Below, piece by piece: positions 14,201-27,938 of a stretch of DNA of 64,000 nt. The notes beneath the pieces are model-generated. The model made no database searches, was not told where the DNA came from, and saw only the letters and a program-made list of their open reading frames with translations. The translations under genes and the position numbers were made by a program. The stretch comes from Adineta vaga (Eukaryota; Animalia; Rotifera), in assembly GCA_021613535.1 (NCBI GenBank), contig CP075497.1, forward strand, positions 8,680,001 to 8,744,000, given 5' to 3'. Position 1 is the stretch's first letter. Every line of letters begins with the position of its first letter.

Positions 14201-17200
14201 GTAAACAAGAACAGTTTCCAAGAAACTTTCCTAATAATCTTTCGAAACAGGTATATTACATCTTTACATTTCTTTGTTTTTTTTTGTACTTTATATGTCA
14301 TTTTATCGAACTATATTTAACTACGTTTAGTTGATTAAGAATGCATTCATGGAACTTGTATAGCTTCGAGTTTTTTTTCTCTTTCCTAATTTATACTTAG
14401 ACTATTTTAACAAACACCAATATTGTTTTGCTCTAAATTGCGTATCGAGTAAGCAAGATTAATCGTCTGTGAAATAACTCTGAGAATAAATATCTATCGA
14501 TTTCATTCACTTCTATTTTTACGGAGAAAATAATAATCAAAGTATATGAATATTATTGGACTGGTTGGATGCAATATCAGGTTAGAATTCTCTATTAATG
14601 AATTCCTTTTTTTAATATGATTTATTTCAATATGATTATGTTTCGTTTTTTTCTTCTTCTTCTAGTCACTTCCAAGTAAATTGCCAAATGATGATTTGGC
14701 ATTATTTCCAGAAATTTCCGAGCAAAGCGTACTGTATGATTTGGAAATGCGCTATCAACAAGGCCAAATCTATGTAATAAAGATTTTCTTGATGAAATTT
14801 CATTTTACATTCAATTTATTATTCTATTAGACTTACATTGGAGATATTCTTATTGCATTAAATCCTTTCGATCTTTTACCCATCTATAGTCGAAAAGTAA
14901 GAACAACCCAATGTCTATAAATTTCTCTTTTATTTTATAATATCAAAACATTTATAGATATCGGAACTTTATAAAAATACTCAATCCATTGTTTCTTTAC
15001 CACCGCATATCTATGGATATGCTGAACGTTTATATCGTAATATGATCCGAGAAAGAACGTCACAGTGCGTTGTGATATCTGGTAAATGATGATGCTGATG
15101 ATTGACATTTCAAAGAAACCATATTTATTTTTTAGGTTTATCTGGCAGTGGAAAGACTGAATCATGTAAATATATTGTTCAGCATATTCTTAGTCGATCC
15201 TTATCCGTTGAAACAGCATTGAATATGAAAATTAATCAGGTAGAGAGTGAAAAAAAAGGAAGAACTTTTATTGATTAAAGACATTTTTTGATAGGTCAAT
15301 CCACTTATGGAAGCATTTGGTAATGCTAAAACATATATTAATACAAAGTATAGAAGAGGAGTTCTGCATTGAAATTTTATGATTATCTATTCGATTTTTT
15401 AGTTCGAGTCGTTTTGGTAAATATCTTGAAATTCATTTTACACCAACAGGCAATGTTCTCGGCGGTAAGATTTCAATGTAAAAACAAAAACGGCTTCATG
15501 TTAATGTTTGATTTTCTTTTAGCTCAATTAAAAGAATATTTATTAGAAAAATCTCGTGTTATTTCACATAATAATGATGAAGGAAATTTTCATATATTCT
15601 ATTATTTGTTTGCTGGTTTATCTCATGATACATTAGTTCGAAATGGTTTAAGAACACCCAGTGAACATCGGTAAATACCATCCAATAAAAACATAAACAA
15701 CAAAGATCTTATTTGAAATTCTTAATATTTTTATAGATACATGTCACATAATACTGAATTAGCTCAGTTAGATGGTGCAAGACAAGTTGAATATCGAAAA
15801 AAATTTCAAATGGTTAAACAAAGTTTAATATCCATTGGATTTTCTTCAGATGATGTTCAATCAATATTTACAATTCTATCTGCTATTTTACATATTGGTG
15901 ATATTGCGTTCCTTCCCCATGGTGCAAATGATGGTGTACGAGTAAAAAATTCCACGACAGTCGATAAAAGTACATTGTCCAAAGAATTCAATTCGATAGA
16001 TTTATATTAAATGTTCATATTTCTAGTTGCTGAACTTCTTCAAGTTTCGTCAATTGAATTCAGTTCAGCTTTAGTTACAGAATTACAAGTAACACGTGGT
16101 GAACAAATCTTTCGAGAAAGAAATTTTATGCATGCATCCGAATGTCGAGATGCTTTTGCTAAAGCACTCTATGGAAGATTATTTAGTTGGATTGTTAATG
16201 GAATTAATTCTTATTTACAACCAATACAAGAAGATAGGTAAAATATTATCTTGATAATGAACAATTAATAGAAATGAATAGGATAACTAAAAAATGAATT
16301 TTCCGTAACATTTTTTTCTTTTCGATTAATTATAGAAAGGAAAGAAGTCAGATATGTTCATGATAGAATAGAAAGGTCATAGTTTTTATATATCATTTTA
16401 ACAAACCGTTACAGTTTAAATAACCTTTGACTGAGGTCAAGTATTCGATTAATTATTGATTGAAAATGATATAGGAAAACTTTGATGAAGGAACAATGTT
16501 CGACACATTTTCTTCATAAAATCGATATCAGAATCATTGTTCAAAATTGAATATTGTTTTTTTTTGTTGTAATGAATTCAATAAATGAACTCTAGTCTAA
16601 ACATAACCTTCACCTTTCGTTTACTAATATATTTTATTAAGAATTCGACAGTTTTCAATAATTGATGAAGGATAAATGATATGAAAAGAAGATTTCTATC
16701 TTGATTGTATTTTATTTTCTAGTGATTCAGCACATTCAATTTCAATACTTGATATTTTTGGTTTTGAAAATTTTAAAAATAATAGTTTTGAACAGGTAGA
16801 AAATGATCTTTATTGTTTTTAATTTATGAACTTTTCAAATTTAGTTATGTATAAATTTAACTAATGAACATATGCAACGTTTTCTCAATCAACATATATA
16901 TGATTTGGAAAATTATGATTGTCAACAAGAAGGTATCGATACGGTTGATATCAATTATACTGATAATCATCTTGTAATTGAAACATTCCTAAATGTAAAT
17001 ATTCATTTCTTGAGAAAACAAAATATCGAAATGAAAATCTTTTGTTTTTTTTTAGAAACATTCGGGTATATTAGCTATACTTGATGAAGAAAGTCGTTTT
17101 CCTCAAGCAACAGATCAAACTTTAGCAACAAAACTTCATCATGGACCTGGAATACAATTTCCAAGTATCTATGCTGTACCTAAAGATGGTGGTACAACAT

Positions 17201-20200
17201 TTACTGTACGTCATTATGCAGCACCTGTCATATATAATATAGTTGGTTTACTTGAAAAAAATCGAGATTTTCTACCTAATTCAATTGTTTTCGTTGCTCG
17301 AAGTAAGAAAAATATAATTCTCGATATAGAAATGAATTTGTTTATTTCTATCTTTAGCGAGTAATAATTTTATTATTCAAGAATTATTCCGTTCCAATTT
17401 AAATGAAAAGGGTGTTTTACCAGCATCACCATCATTACATCATCATCCAAATACATTTCATGTCAATAGAGATTTTAAACGTAATGACGTATTATTAAAT
17501 CATAATGGAAGACAATTTTCACCAATGCAACAACCTATTCGAACATTACCAGAAAAATCCAATGGAAATACATTCGAACGAACTGGTGGAACACAAATGC
17601 GAACAGTAGCTTTTCATTTTAAGGTAAATAATATTCATTCAAGGTCATAAACTTGATGTTCTTCGATTCTAACAGAGACAAAAAGAAAAAGTATATAGAA
17701 TTGTTAGTTGACTCGGAAATCGATGTTTGTTCCTTTTGTTCTCACAATCAAATCAAGGATTTTCTAAACTATTCTGTAACTTTACTCTTGCATATCTAAA
17801 TTTCGAAACAATGCATTTTTTTCTCACCTTTCTACATGAATAATTTGAAGTCGAATGAATCAATCTAGACCAAAAGCGAAGACTCATTAATAGGACAACA
17901 ATATGCGTAATAATTCAGAAATTCATTTGTCAAAATAATATTGATTCGTTTTTCGAGACAAAATTTTGTCTATTAAAAAGAACAATGTAGACATCGAATC
18001 AATTCAATATGAATACATAAAATAAATTTCGATTTTCTTTTCCTTTTATTTTAGCATTCATTAATTGAATTAATTGACAAAATGAATATTTGTCAGTGTC
18101 ATTTTGTTCGCTGCATAAAACCAAATGAAAGTCGTGATAAAACAACATCTCTAACTGTTCCCTGTGTGACACGTCAATTACGTTATTCTGGTATACTTCA
18201 AATGTGTGAAATTCGAAAGAAAGGATATCCATTAAGAATGCAATTTGATGAATTTCTTGACAGGTGAGACAACACTAACCTCGTATATTTAATAACGATT
18301 ATCGAGAGAACGAGTGTATATATATATATATTGTAAATGTCAATCGTAGGTATATGTCTCCTCCTATTACACTTCTCCTTCTTCGTCTTCTCATTAGACA
18401 GTGGAAAAAGCAAGTTTCTTCTATTGCTTTTGATTATCATTCAAATATACACATTGAAAATCGATCTTCATATATAATACAAAATATTTTTTTACCAGCG
18501 GTAAATGGATGTATAACGAATAGTTGTGAATACTTGATAGTAAGGAGATTTTTTCGTCTTTTGGTACATGATTAAAAAGATCGAGAGTAAGAGGATACAT
18601 ATAAAACCTCACTGTTGAAATTATATCGCCTGTATATGGATCAGAAGAGAATATTAGTGTTATTTTATGCAAATATGGTTTTCTTTTTCAATATATCACG
18701 AGAAAAAAACGAAATTCTTCAAGACAAGAAAAAAAACTCCTGTCTTTCTTTTTAGTTTATATCCAATCCAATCGATTATTGAACTCTTTTTACCTCATTA
18801 TTATTCATATTTAGTTTTTATCGATATGATTTATGACTTCCTTCTTTCGTTTTTTCTTTTTTTTTATTATTTCTTTCCGTTATGTTCATCTTAGATACAA
18901 CGCTCTCGTTCTATGTGTACTACCGATTCCTGCCAATGATCGGTCAAAAGAGTTATCATTATCATCAACAATACACAATCGTGATCGAGCTGTTGAATGT
19001 CTAAAACGTACCGGAATTGATGATTATAAAGTGAGTCAAACATACGATTTTTTCTTCTTCTGTTCTGTTATATTTGATGTAAAAAAAGAGAGAGAGGGAG
19101 AGAAAGAGAGCGAGGAAAAAAGGTGAAGAAAGAAATCGCCATATGAAGAAAGTTCTTTGGTCATAAAAAGAAAAGACAGTCGATCATATTCACGTCAATT
19201 TCTATGCTTTCTTATTTTGTGTATTCTTTTCATTTAAGGTCGGTCGTACAAAATTACTATTTCGTTATTGGCATTCTGATCAACTTCATAATTTAGCTGA
19301 ACAATATGAGAAAAAAGTTAATATTTGTCAGAAAGGTATGTACAAAGCTCTGTTCATAATGCCATTCTAGTGATAGACAGCAACAGCAATAACAACAAAT
19401 CGAGAAGAAAAAAAGTGATTGATAAGACCGACAGACAGACGACTAGTACTGATGAATCTAATCTCATTTATGATCGATAGAAAAGAGTACACATGTTCAG
19501 TTCATACACTCATACAATGCATGTATGAACTCATTAAACGCCAAACAGAAAGGGAGAGAGAGAGAGAAAAAGATAAGACTATAAATAAAAAGAGTGAAAA
19601 ATGAAAACAATATATCTCTCTTTCTGTCGTTTACACACTTGCTTTGATAGAGAAGGTCGTCATCGTTATTTGATCCTCGATCTCTCTTCCATAGACAGTT
19701 GTTCATTAACACATTCATACTCATTTGTTTATTATTTTCGTTAGACATAGATTAATGTTGATATTCATTTTTCTTTTCATTCATTGAATATAAGACAACA
19801 CAATTGTATGGAGACATTAAAGCGTTTAATAGAAACATTACAAATGCGAGATGATAACTTTGACGAGACGACAGGTAGTGTGAAAATATGATCTTAAATA
19901 ATCATCGATTTCTTTTTTTAATTTAAAAAAAACGAAACATCTCATAGTAATCCATTAACAAATATTGCATAAAGTAGAAAGAGTAAAGTCAATCAATTAA
20001 ATTTTTTATAGCATTTTAAGTGCGAAAGAAACAATCCCTGCTCATCTGAACTTTATATACGTTCTTCTTTTCGTTTTTTTCAAAAGCAATTCAATCTTGA
20101 TTTCGTAATCTGATCTTTTCATTTAGTCTTACGTGGTTGGTTAGCTCGACGTAAATATGCTCGTCTTCGTGAAGTTCATCAACTACAATTAGTATTTATA

Positions 20201-22806
20201 CGCAAGTTTTGTGATGATATTGCTTTAATTGGTCAATTATATAAAACAAAAATGGATAACTATTGTCAATATGATCAAAAACGAAAAGTAAAACACAGTT
20301 CTCAACTGAAAACTGATGAAGATGATGAACAAATTGCTAAAACAATGAACTTTTTTGATTCAATTCTTGATCAATATCTTAGTGATCAAGAAACAGTTGA
20401 TGAAAGTAAAAGTAATATTGAAATTTAACTTAGTGAAGTTAATTCGTGATATTTGATATAACTAGGCCGACGTATTCCAACTGTTCTTCCTGTTACTCAT
20501 CCTGTCAAACCACCAGTACATATTGTTGCAGGAGCAGTTGAACAAACTAAACAAGAATTTGATGTAAGTAGTCGATGATTGATGAAAACTTTCTGTTTAA
20601 TAGAAACATGAGATTCGTTTGAAAAAATACAAGCGTATAACAATACTTTCATCATTTTTTTTATCGATGAATTTCTATTTTAGACGAATATCTCCACTGT
20701 TACTAATGCATCTACAACTTCATCAACTTCATCTCAAAAAGTTCCCCAACGTCCAGTTGATTTACATGCTTCTCATTTTCATCAATTTCAAAATATTCGT
20801 TGTCGTTTTGAACAAATGACATCAGGTGCTAATAATTCACCAACAAATAACGTTCGTCGTTATACCTCCGAAAATAATTTAAATGATATTAATTCTCCTG
20901 CAAAACCAGTTATACTTCAGAAAAATCTTCGTCCCACACCTGTTCAAACTACTGCAACATCAACTGAAGATCTTTCAAATATTCCTGCATGGAAAAAACT
21001 ATCTCCACAAGCACGTCTTTCAGCTTTACTTGATAAAACAAATCATGCACCAGCATTAACAGCTAATGGAGCCAGTGCTAGTCTAATTGATTTAACTTCA
21101 ATTGATAAAACACCCAAAAATAAACAAGTTCAACCTCCACCATTAGCAAGACCACGTTTTCGTTTTGTTCCACCATCAGATAAAAATTCAGTCTTAAAGG
21201 AAGAACCAGAAACAGATGTTGAACAACATAATACGCCATCTAATCCAAATTATGATAATGTTGATCTTGAAACATCGTCACCAAATCGTACACCGACGAA
21301 TATTCAATCCTTAACACAACAACAACAACAGCAACAGCAACAACATCAATTACAGCAACAGCATCAACAACATCAGCATCAGCATCAGCATCATCAACAA
21401 CAACAACAACAACAACAACAGCAGCAGCAGCAGCAACAGCAACAGCAACAAAAACAACCACCATCAGGCGCATTAAAGCAACAAAGTAATATTTTTCTTT
21501 TATACAATCATCTTTTTTATTCTTCATTCTTTAGATGGTGTTATTAAACCATCGGCTATTCATCCATCACAAGGTGGTCGTTCAACTCTCATTTACACAA
21601 CCTGATATGACTATTTATAATCAAAATGGTAATAGTGCATTTAAACCACATGTTTCTCAGCAATCCAATCTTGGTAAATCACCAATATTATCACCATCGA
21701 ATCAACCACATGGACATAATTTACTTCGACCTGCTGTTTCTTCATCACAAACTTCTATTCATACAGCTGGCATAACTAATGGTAATCATACTCCCAGTAA
21801 AGCTCAACAACCACCACCGGTGCCTAATATTAAACGAACAGAATCTGCGCATAAACCAGGTGTACATGTTGGAATAACAAATCCGAGTGGTCCAGCATGT
21901 GCAAATCCATTAGTTCGTCAACGTTTACAAACAGTACCACAATTTCATCAATCAATGCTTAATTTATCTTCAATTGATGCAACAGAAAGTGTTAACGGAG
22001 CTCAACCTGCTACTGGTATGTTTGGTTCACGTGTATCACTTCAACAATCAGCAGCTAATTTCATGAAACATCCAGCTTATGCTCAGCAACCAACAAAAAC
22101 TAATGGAAATCATCATCATCATCACCATCATCATCATGCACCTCCTCCAGCTCCTCCTCCACCTCCACCGCCTCCGCAACAATCTGCACCATCGTCAACA
22201 TCCTCATCTCGACCTCCTCCAGTTATTCTTGAAGATCCTATTATTAAATGGATTCAACAAGTTAATGATAGTAGCAGTATCAATGGTCTGTCACCTGACG
22301 GAGGAGGTGGTAATCGACCAAAACAACCTACCTATCCATATGGATCTTACATTACAGCAGGTTCTGGTAAGAATAAGAAGATCTTAAATTTATTTTCTAT
22401 TTATCGTATTTCATCTTTCTTTTCAATCAAAGGTATTACACCAGCTATGAATGATACAGATCATCCAAATCGTCAACAAGCTCAACAATCGTATTTAAAT
22501 CAAGTAAATGTTCATAAACATCATACACCACAACATACCGTTCCTGTTCAATCGGCTTTTTTTACTTCATCACCTATACCACGAAGTAGTTTATCATCGT
22601 TACAAGCTGCTAATGTCTATCATTTCAGTCATCATCATCATCATCATTCTCATCATTCCCATCTTTCTCAACAAGTAAAATAGAAATTTTTATTTAAATT
22701 TTCGAATTATAATTTTATTGTTTAGGTTCCATTAGCATCGACAGGAGGAGGTCAAACAAGACCACAGGCACATCGGCAAAATATGACTGTGACAACTTAT
22801 CTTTAA
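11202..22806 (+). CDS. MYO16: Unconventional myosin with N-terminal ankyrin repeats (myosin XVI-like), many exons; IQ motif and long Q/H/P-rich tail
   Basis: Ankyrins '[52 protein letters not shown]' resemble the MYO16 N-terminus. Motor motifs: [16 protein letters not shown]-loop [56 protein letters not shown] '[14 protein letters not shown]'. Stop TAA 22804-22806. Start codon uncertain (11202 or 10926). Confidence 0.85.
21317..21451 (+). repeat. CAA/CAG/CAT trinucleotide repeat encoding poly-Q/QH in the myosin tail
   Basis: Seen directly; in frame with ORF 20816-21547. Confidence 0.9.
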
Positions 22807-23686
22807 ACTATAAACGAAAGGACATTTTCTCTTTTCCAGGTTTATTAAACTTGCAATAGTATCTAAACTCACTCAAAGGGAGCTAGAACACTATTAATAA
22901 AAGATATCTAAATATATATAAATGTGTGTGTGTGTGTATGTTTGATTTGTTACTGTCAAAATTTATAAGTTGTTTCGACGTCTATTCTCCTCCTATATTT
23001 TCACCTGATAATTCATTCATATATATTCTTGTATATTTTCATAATGCGACTTTCATTTGTCTCCTTTTTTCATTGATTATTTGTTTTTATTTCATTTTTT
23101 TTCGATATTCAATCAAAAAGAACAAAAGAAATACTTTTATTTGAAATATTATCGATGAAATCTATCGAAGAACCGTTTTTGATAGGCATTCAATGACATA
23201 TTAAGATCATTGAAAGATTCCTGAAATAAAAAAAAAAGAACATCTGAATTACTTGTTCTCTATTTCAGATGTAAGATAATCAGAAAAGAAAAGAAATATA
23301 TGAGATGAATCATCTAACAAAGAATTTAGATAATGGTAATTATTACTTTGGATACACTTTATAGAATGTGAAACTCTACAAAACATCAGAGTAAATAATT
23401 GTTATCTAAATGTCGATACCGATTTTGACTTCATGGTTGAGTGATCATCATTCTTAAGAGAAAAGTGAAACTTTCGAATTACTTTAGAGCGCTCTTTTAT
23501 CATGAAAGAAAAATAATCTGACGCACCCTAAATGTACTACAAAAAAACTAATTTCAACTGCTTATTTGTCGGTATTTGTAGTGATAGTGATACTTTACCG
23601 AACCTACTCTTCTAAATTCTAGTATCGAAACATTCATTCGATTTCTTTTGATAGAATTCATATTTTTCTGACACAAAATCTTTATT

Positions 23687-24915
23687 TCATATGCCGTTAA
23701 TTACTTCATTAATGGCATCAGTAGCCAGTTTCAGATCATTGATATTATCAATAAGTGGTTGTTGATTATCGATCTGTACAATATCTGAATTTCTATCATT
23801 ATCATTGAGATCATCAGCCTGTTGAACATCCGATGCAATTGAACCTTGTGGTGCACTAATCATTCGTTCATCACTTGAGATTTCTTCAATAGTTGCAAAT
23901 TGATTTTCGATTTCTTTTTTCGTGAAATCATCTGATTTATTTTGTAATTGAGACTTAAGAAAGAGAAGATAAAAACTAATATTTTTGTTTTCATCAAATA
24001 TTTACTGATTTTGATGGTATTTTAACCGTTTTGTTTGCTTGATTCTGATCACTTTTGGATTCATAAGTTGATTTTTTCGATGTAAACAAACGTCGTACAG
24101 GTGCGTAACGTTTTAGTCGATCAATACGACAACGAAGTTGATAATCCAAAGGTAATTCTTCTTCTTTATATTCCTATCATAATTAGAATTGAAATCATTG
24201 AATAATCAATCATTTTTTCAAACTGACTCGATCAGCAAAGAAAACACGACGAATACGACAATTTGCATGGATCTAAATGCATCAAAAGATTTCTTTTTGT
24301 TATCAAATTCACTTTGTCGAGCATACTGTAATTCGTCGACATTCGATATAATTAGTTCCATAGACTGTTTTTGTAAATGAATCAAGATTTAATGTTAAAC
24401 GATTCCAACCTTCGATCCAATTCAATGGTGAATGTGTACCAAATGGACCTATCTTTGTTTTCGTTGCAAATGTAGAAATTTTAAAACGACGATGCATTTT
24501 TTGACTATCTAATACCTAATAAAGATAAAGATGACTTCAAATTTTCTTTATTCTATCGTAACAAGAAATCGATTAATCAAACTTCAATTTCCATAACAAA
24601 ATAACGTCGTAAATTTTTTATATATAGATTTAAATATTGCATTTTTATTCCCAATGAATCATATGGACAACATGGACATGTAACATAAGTTGAACTGAAA
24701 TATTTTTCCGAGATTCAATGATGAAAAAGAAAATTCGCTTTAGAAACTTACCTAACATTACTTGAAATGAGTTCAAGTACAAGTGAATTAGTATCTTCAT
24801 CAGTAATTCGTTTAATATATCCATTGGATACTTTACAAATCCAAGTTTCAAATGGTTTTGATCCTTGACTTGAAAGAATAGATAGAAGACCTAATTGATA
24901 TGTTTGACGAAACAT
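23687..24915 (-). CDS. CFAP20/BUG22 (DUF667) family paralog with acidic C-terminal extension
   Basis: Spliced: [87 protein letters not shown], collinear with CFAP20. Confidence 0.85.
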
Positions 24916-25341
24916 GTCAAAAATACTGAACAATATGACTCATCACTTATGTTAGATAATTGGATTTGAAATATTCATTACAAAACATGTATAATTCATT
25001 AGATTTGTTTTGATTTTCTATCATATCAAATAGTAATCATCGATTAAAATTCGATTTATTAATCTGATGGATTATTTACAATAGAACGAGACATGAATAA
25101 TAAGCCCCTGATGATCAATGTCTCGCTTGCTGTCTATTATTTTTTCTGTTTTTCAGGTGATTTTTGTTTGTCGTCGCGTTCTTGATGCTGTCGTCTATGG
25201 ATGGTTAAATGTCTCTTACTCTTATTTCTTTGTCTTTTTATATATGTACGTATATATATATAGAAAGATAGATATGTTGTCTTTTTGTCATTCAAGGTTT
25301 AAAGACAATTGAGTGTTTAACAGAAATCAAATTTTGCGCGC

Positions 25342-25376
25342 GTTTATCATAACAACCTGTAAGTAAACTTGGCAAC
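25342..25376. promoter_or_regulatory. Two tandem X-box-like (RFX) motifs upstream of the CFAP20-like gene
   Basis: GTTTATCATAACAAC (25342-25356) and GTAAACTTGGCAAC (25363-25376), degenerate matches ~430 nt upstream of a ciliary gene. Confidence 0.3.
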
Positions 25377-27938
25377 GAGATTTTGTTTAATACAATGTAT
25401 GTTCTATTCATTTGACATTCAACAACATCATCTTCTTCTATAGTAAGTGTGTATGTGTGGATATATGTCTTTCTTCTTTTCTTTGTTCAAATGTGAAGAT
25501 GTGTCTATGTTGTTATCTAATCATAGTTTTCTTTTATTTATTCAATCGTCATCATAATTGATCTTCTCTTTACCATCAAGCACAAATTCTATTGTCGTCA
25601 CACACACACACACACATACACATATTTAGTCCTTCTTCAGCCGATGGTTTTAATTGTATCAACGAAATTTACTCGAAGATTGTCTCGTTTCTTCTTCTTC
25701 TTCTTCTTCTTTCTCTCGGCTCGTTGTCCGTATTGAGTAGGCAAAGATGTAAGAAGAATGGACAATGGTACATTCTTTATTCTCAATTGATGACTCGTTA
25801 GAATATTGTATTCTTATCGTTCGGTTATAATTGGAATAATAGATGAGATGCTACTAGAAAATTTCTTCATCTAAGAACCCTCTTCGTTCATTTTCAATCA
25901 TCAATCTTCTTCATATTGTTTCCCTTTGCCGGTAAAGAGAAAAGAACGAGAGAAAAAGAAATATCGTAAGAAAAAAAAGATAAAGGTGAGATCGTTAATA
26001 TAATTCTCATTTTTTCGTCAATCGAGCACAACTTCATTATCGTCAGTAAATGAGATATTGAGTGTAGAATTCTTTTGTTTTTTTTTGTTATTTAATAGTT
26101 GATTAGAGAAACTAATGGGTTTTATTTCGATGTATCAAATAAGCTTTAGTTAAAGTCGGTATAGAAGATGACATCGACGAAGAAGAAGAAATGGAATTCA
26201 TTTATTTTTTCGCTCTTTACATTTCTTTTCTTTGCCCTAATCCTGCTCGCGACCTTCTTATTTCCGTTCCATTCATTCATTCATTCATTCATTCATTTCT
26301 TCGTTTTCTATTGACGTTGGGTGAAGAAGATCGTACGATGGGCTGAGGTCTTTGCTAGCGTTGGTCGTCGAAGCATTAGGAAAGAACCGACAAATCACTC
26401 GGGCCACCAACAATTGCACGTCATAATGTTGTTCTTACTTAGATGACGTCTTTTCTTCTTTTCTTTTTCGTCGTTCGGCTTTGTAAAAAAATAGCACGGA
26501 GAACAAATGTGTGGGTGTAAAAAAAGGGAACGGAAAACTCAAAAAAACATGTGTGGTATGAATGTAGAAAAAAAGGAATCTTCTTTTTTCTTCTTCCTCT
26601 ACTTCGTCGAAAACATCGTACTAATAAAAAACGTTCGCCAAGCAAGAAGAAGAAGAAGAAGAAAAAACGCCACCGTCTTTTTGTCTTCAAAAACATACCA
26701 TTCAATAGAACATTGAGATATTATCCTATATATAACAACACGTTCAGAAGCAGAAAAAAACTAAGTGAGAGAAAGAGAGAAAAAATCTTTATTATTGTTT
26801 TCTGTTTTTTCATTCACTCACTCGTTCATTCATATACAAAAAAGGAAAATAATCATGATCGTTCTTGCATGTAGGACAAAAGAGAAAACAGGATGTAAAA
26901 ATGACAAAAAAAATATATAGGAGAAGAGGACGACGAGTATTACTACTGTAGAATACCGCGATGAAACAAGAGAAGAAGTAGTTGTAGTAAAAAAAAAGGT
27001 CCTTGCGTTTTTCTTCGATATGATCCTTTTCTTTCTATTTTACCCTCATCACCCACATACATTTTATATATTTATATATTTGTATTGTCCATTGATATAT
27101 TTCTCGTCATTAGACTACAGAAAAAAAAGAACGACACGAACTACTAATGATCGACGAACAACCCCAGAAGAATAACATCTAAGATTGTGCCGATAACGAT
27201 TTCATTATTCATATTGTTCGTATTCAATAAAAAAGACAGATAGATAGAGTGAGAGAGAGAGGTAAGTAAACTCAATTTTTTCCTTCTTTCATAACTACAA
27301 AAAAAAAAGAAATATCGCACCCACATACATTTGTATTTATCAAGGCTAAAAGAATGAATGCAGCTGCTGTCGCTACTACGTCGATTGCTAATGCTGTTGT
27401 GACTATTTCGTCAGTACTTCGTTTTATATTATCTTGACCGCTGATAAAAAAAAGAATAGACTTGTAATAATAATAATAATAATAATAATGATGATGTTCT
27501 CTAATTGAGACTAGGCGCTTCGTCTCCTATTAGTTTTTCTTTTCTTTTTTTTTATAATTCTTATCATCATCGTTTTTTTTCCTAATCATCGATGTAGTTA
27601 TTCGATCGACGAGTGAGAAAAAAAAGCGAGAAGCATGATATAAACCATCTATGTTAGTCTTTCTAATTCGATTTTGATCAATTATTTGTTCTTTTTTAAG
27701 ACGTTAGTTCGTTGAGAGAAAGTCTGTGGGTGGTATTCGATGGTACTGTTCGCAAAATATAGACAACAGGTGTGGATATATAGAGGAGAGAGAGAGAGAC
27801 AGACAGACAGAAAGAAAGAATGAAAATCAATCTTATGCTCTCGTGTATGTGCGTATTTTTTCTCTGCTTTCGCGTTTTTTTATTTCGATTACAAATTGAC
27901 AAGAAATATTTCATTTTGTTTTTCTTTAGTATAACACA

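Noticed and set aside
21240-21527. Antisense Val/Ala-rich ORFs here and at 62722-63006, 42141-42329 and 3487-3762
   Set aside because: Shadows of stop-poor coding repeats on the opposite strand.
25100-27900. Many short F/K/L-rich ORFs upstream of Tob, including MNAAAVATT at ~27353
   Set aside because: Mostly products of A/T homopolymer and microsatellite tracts; Tob already starts at its conserved Met.
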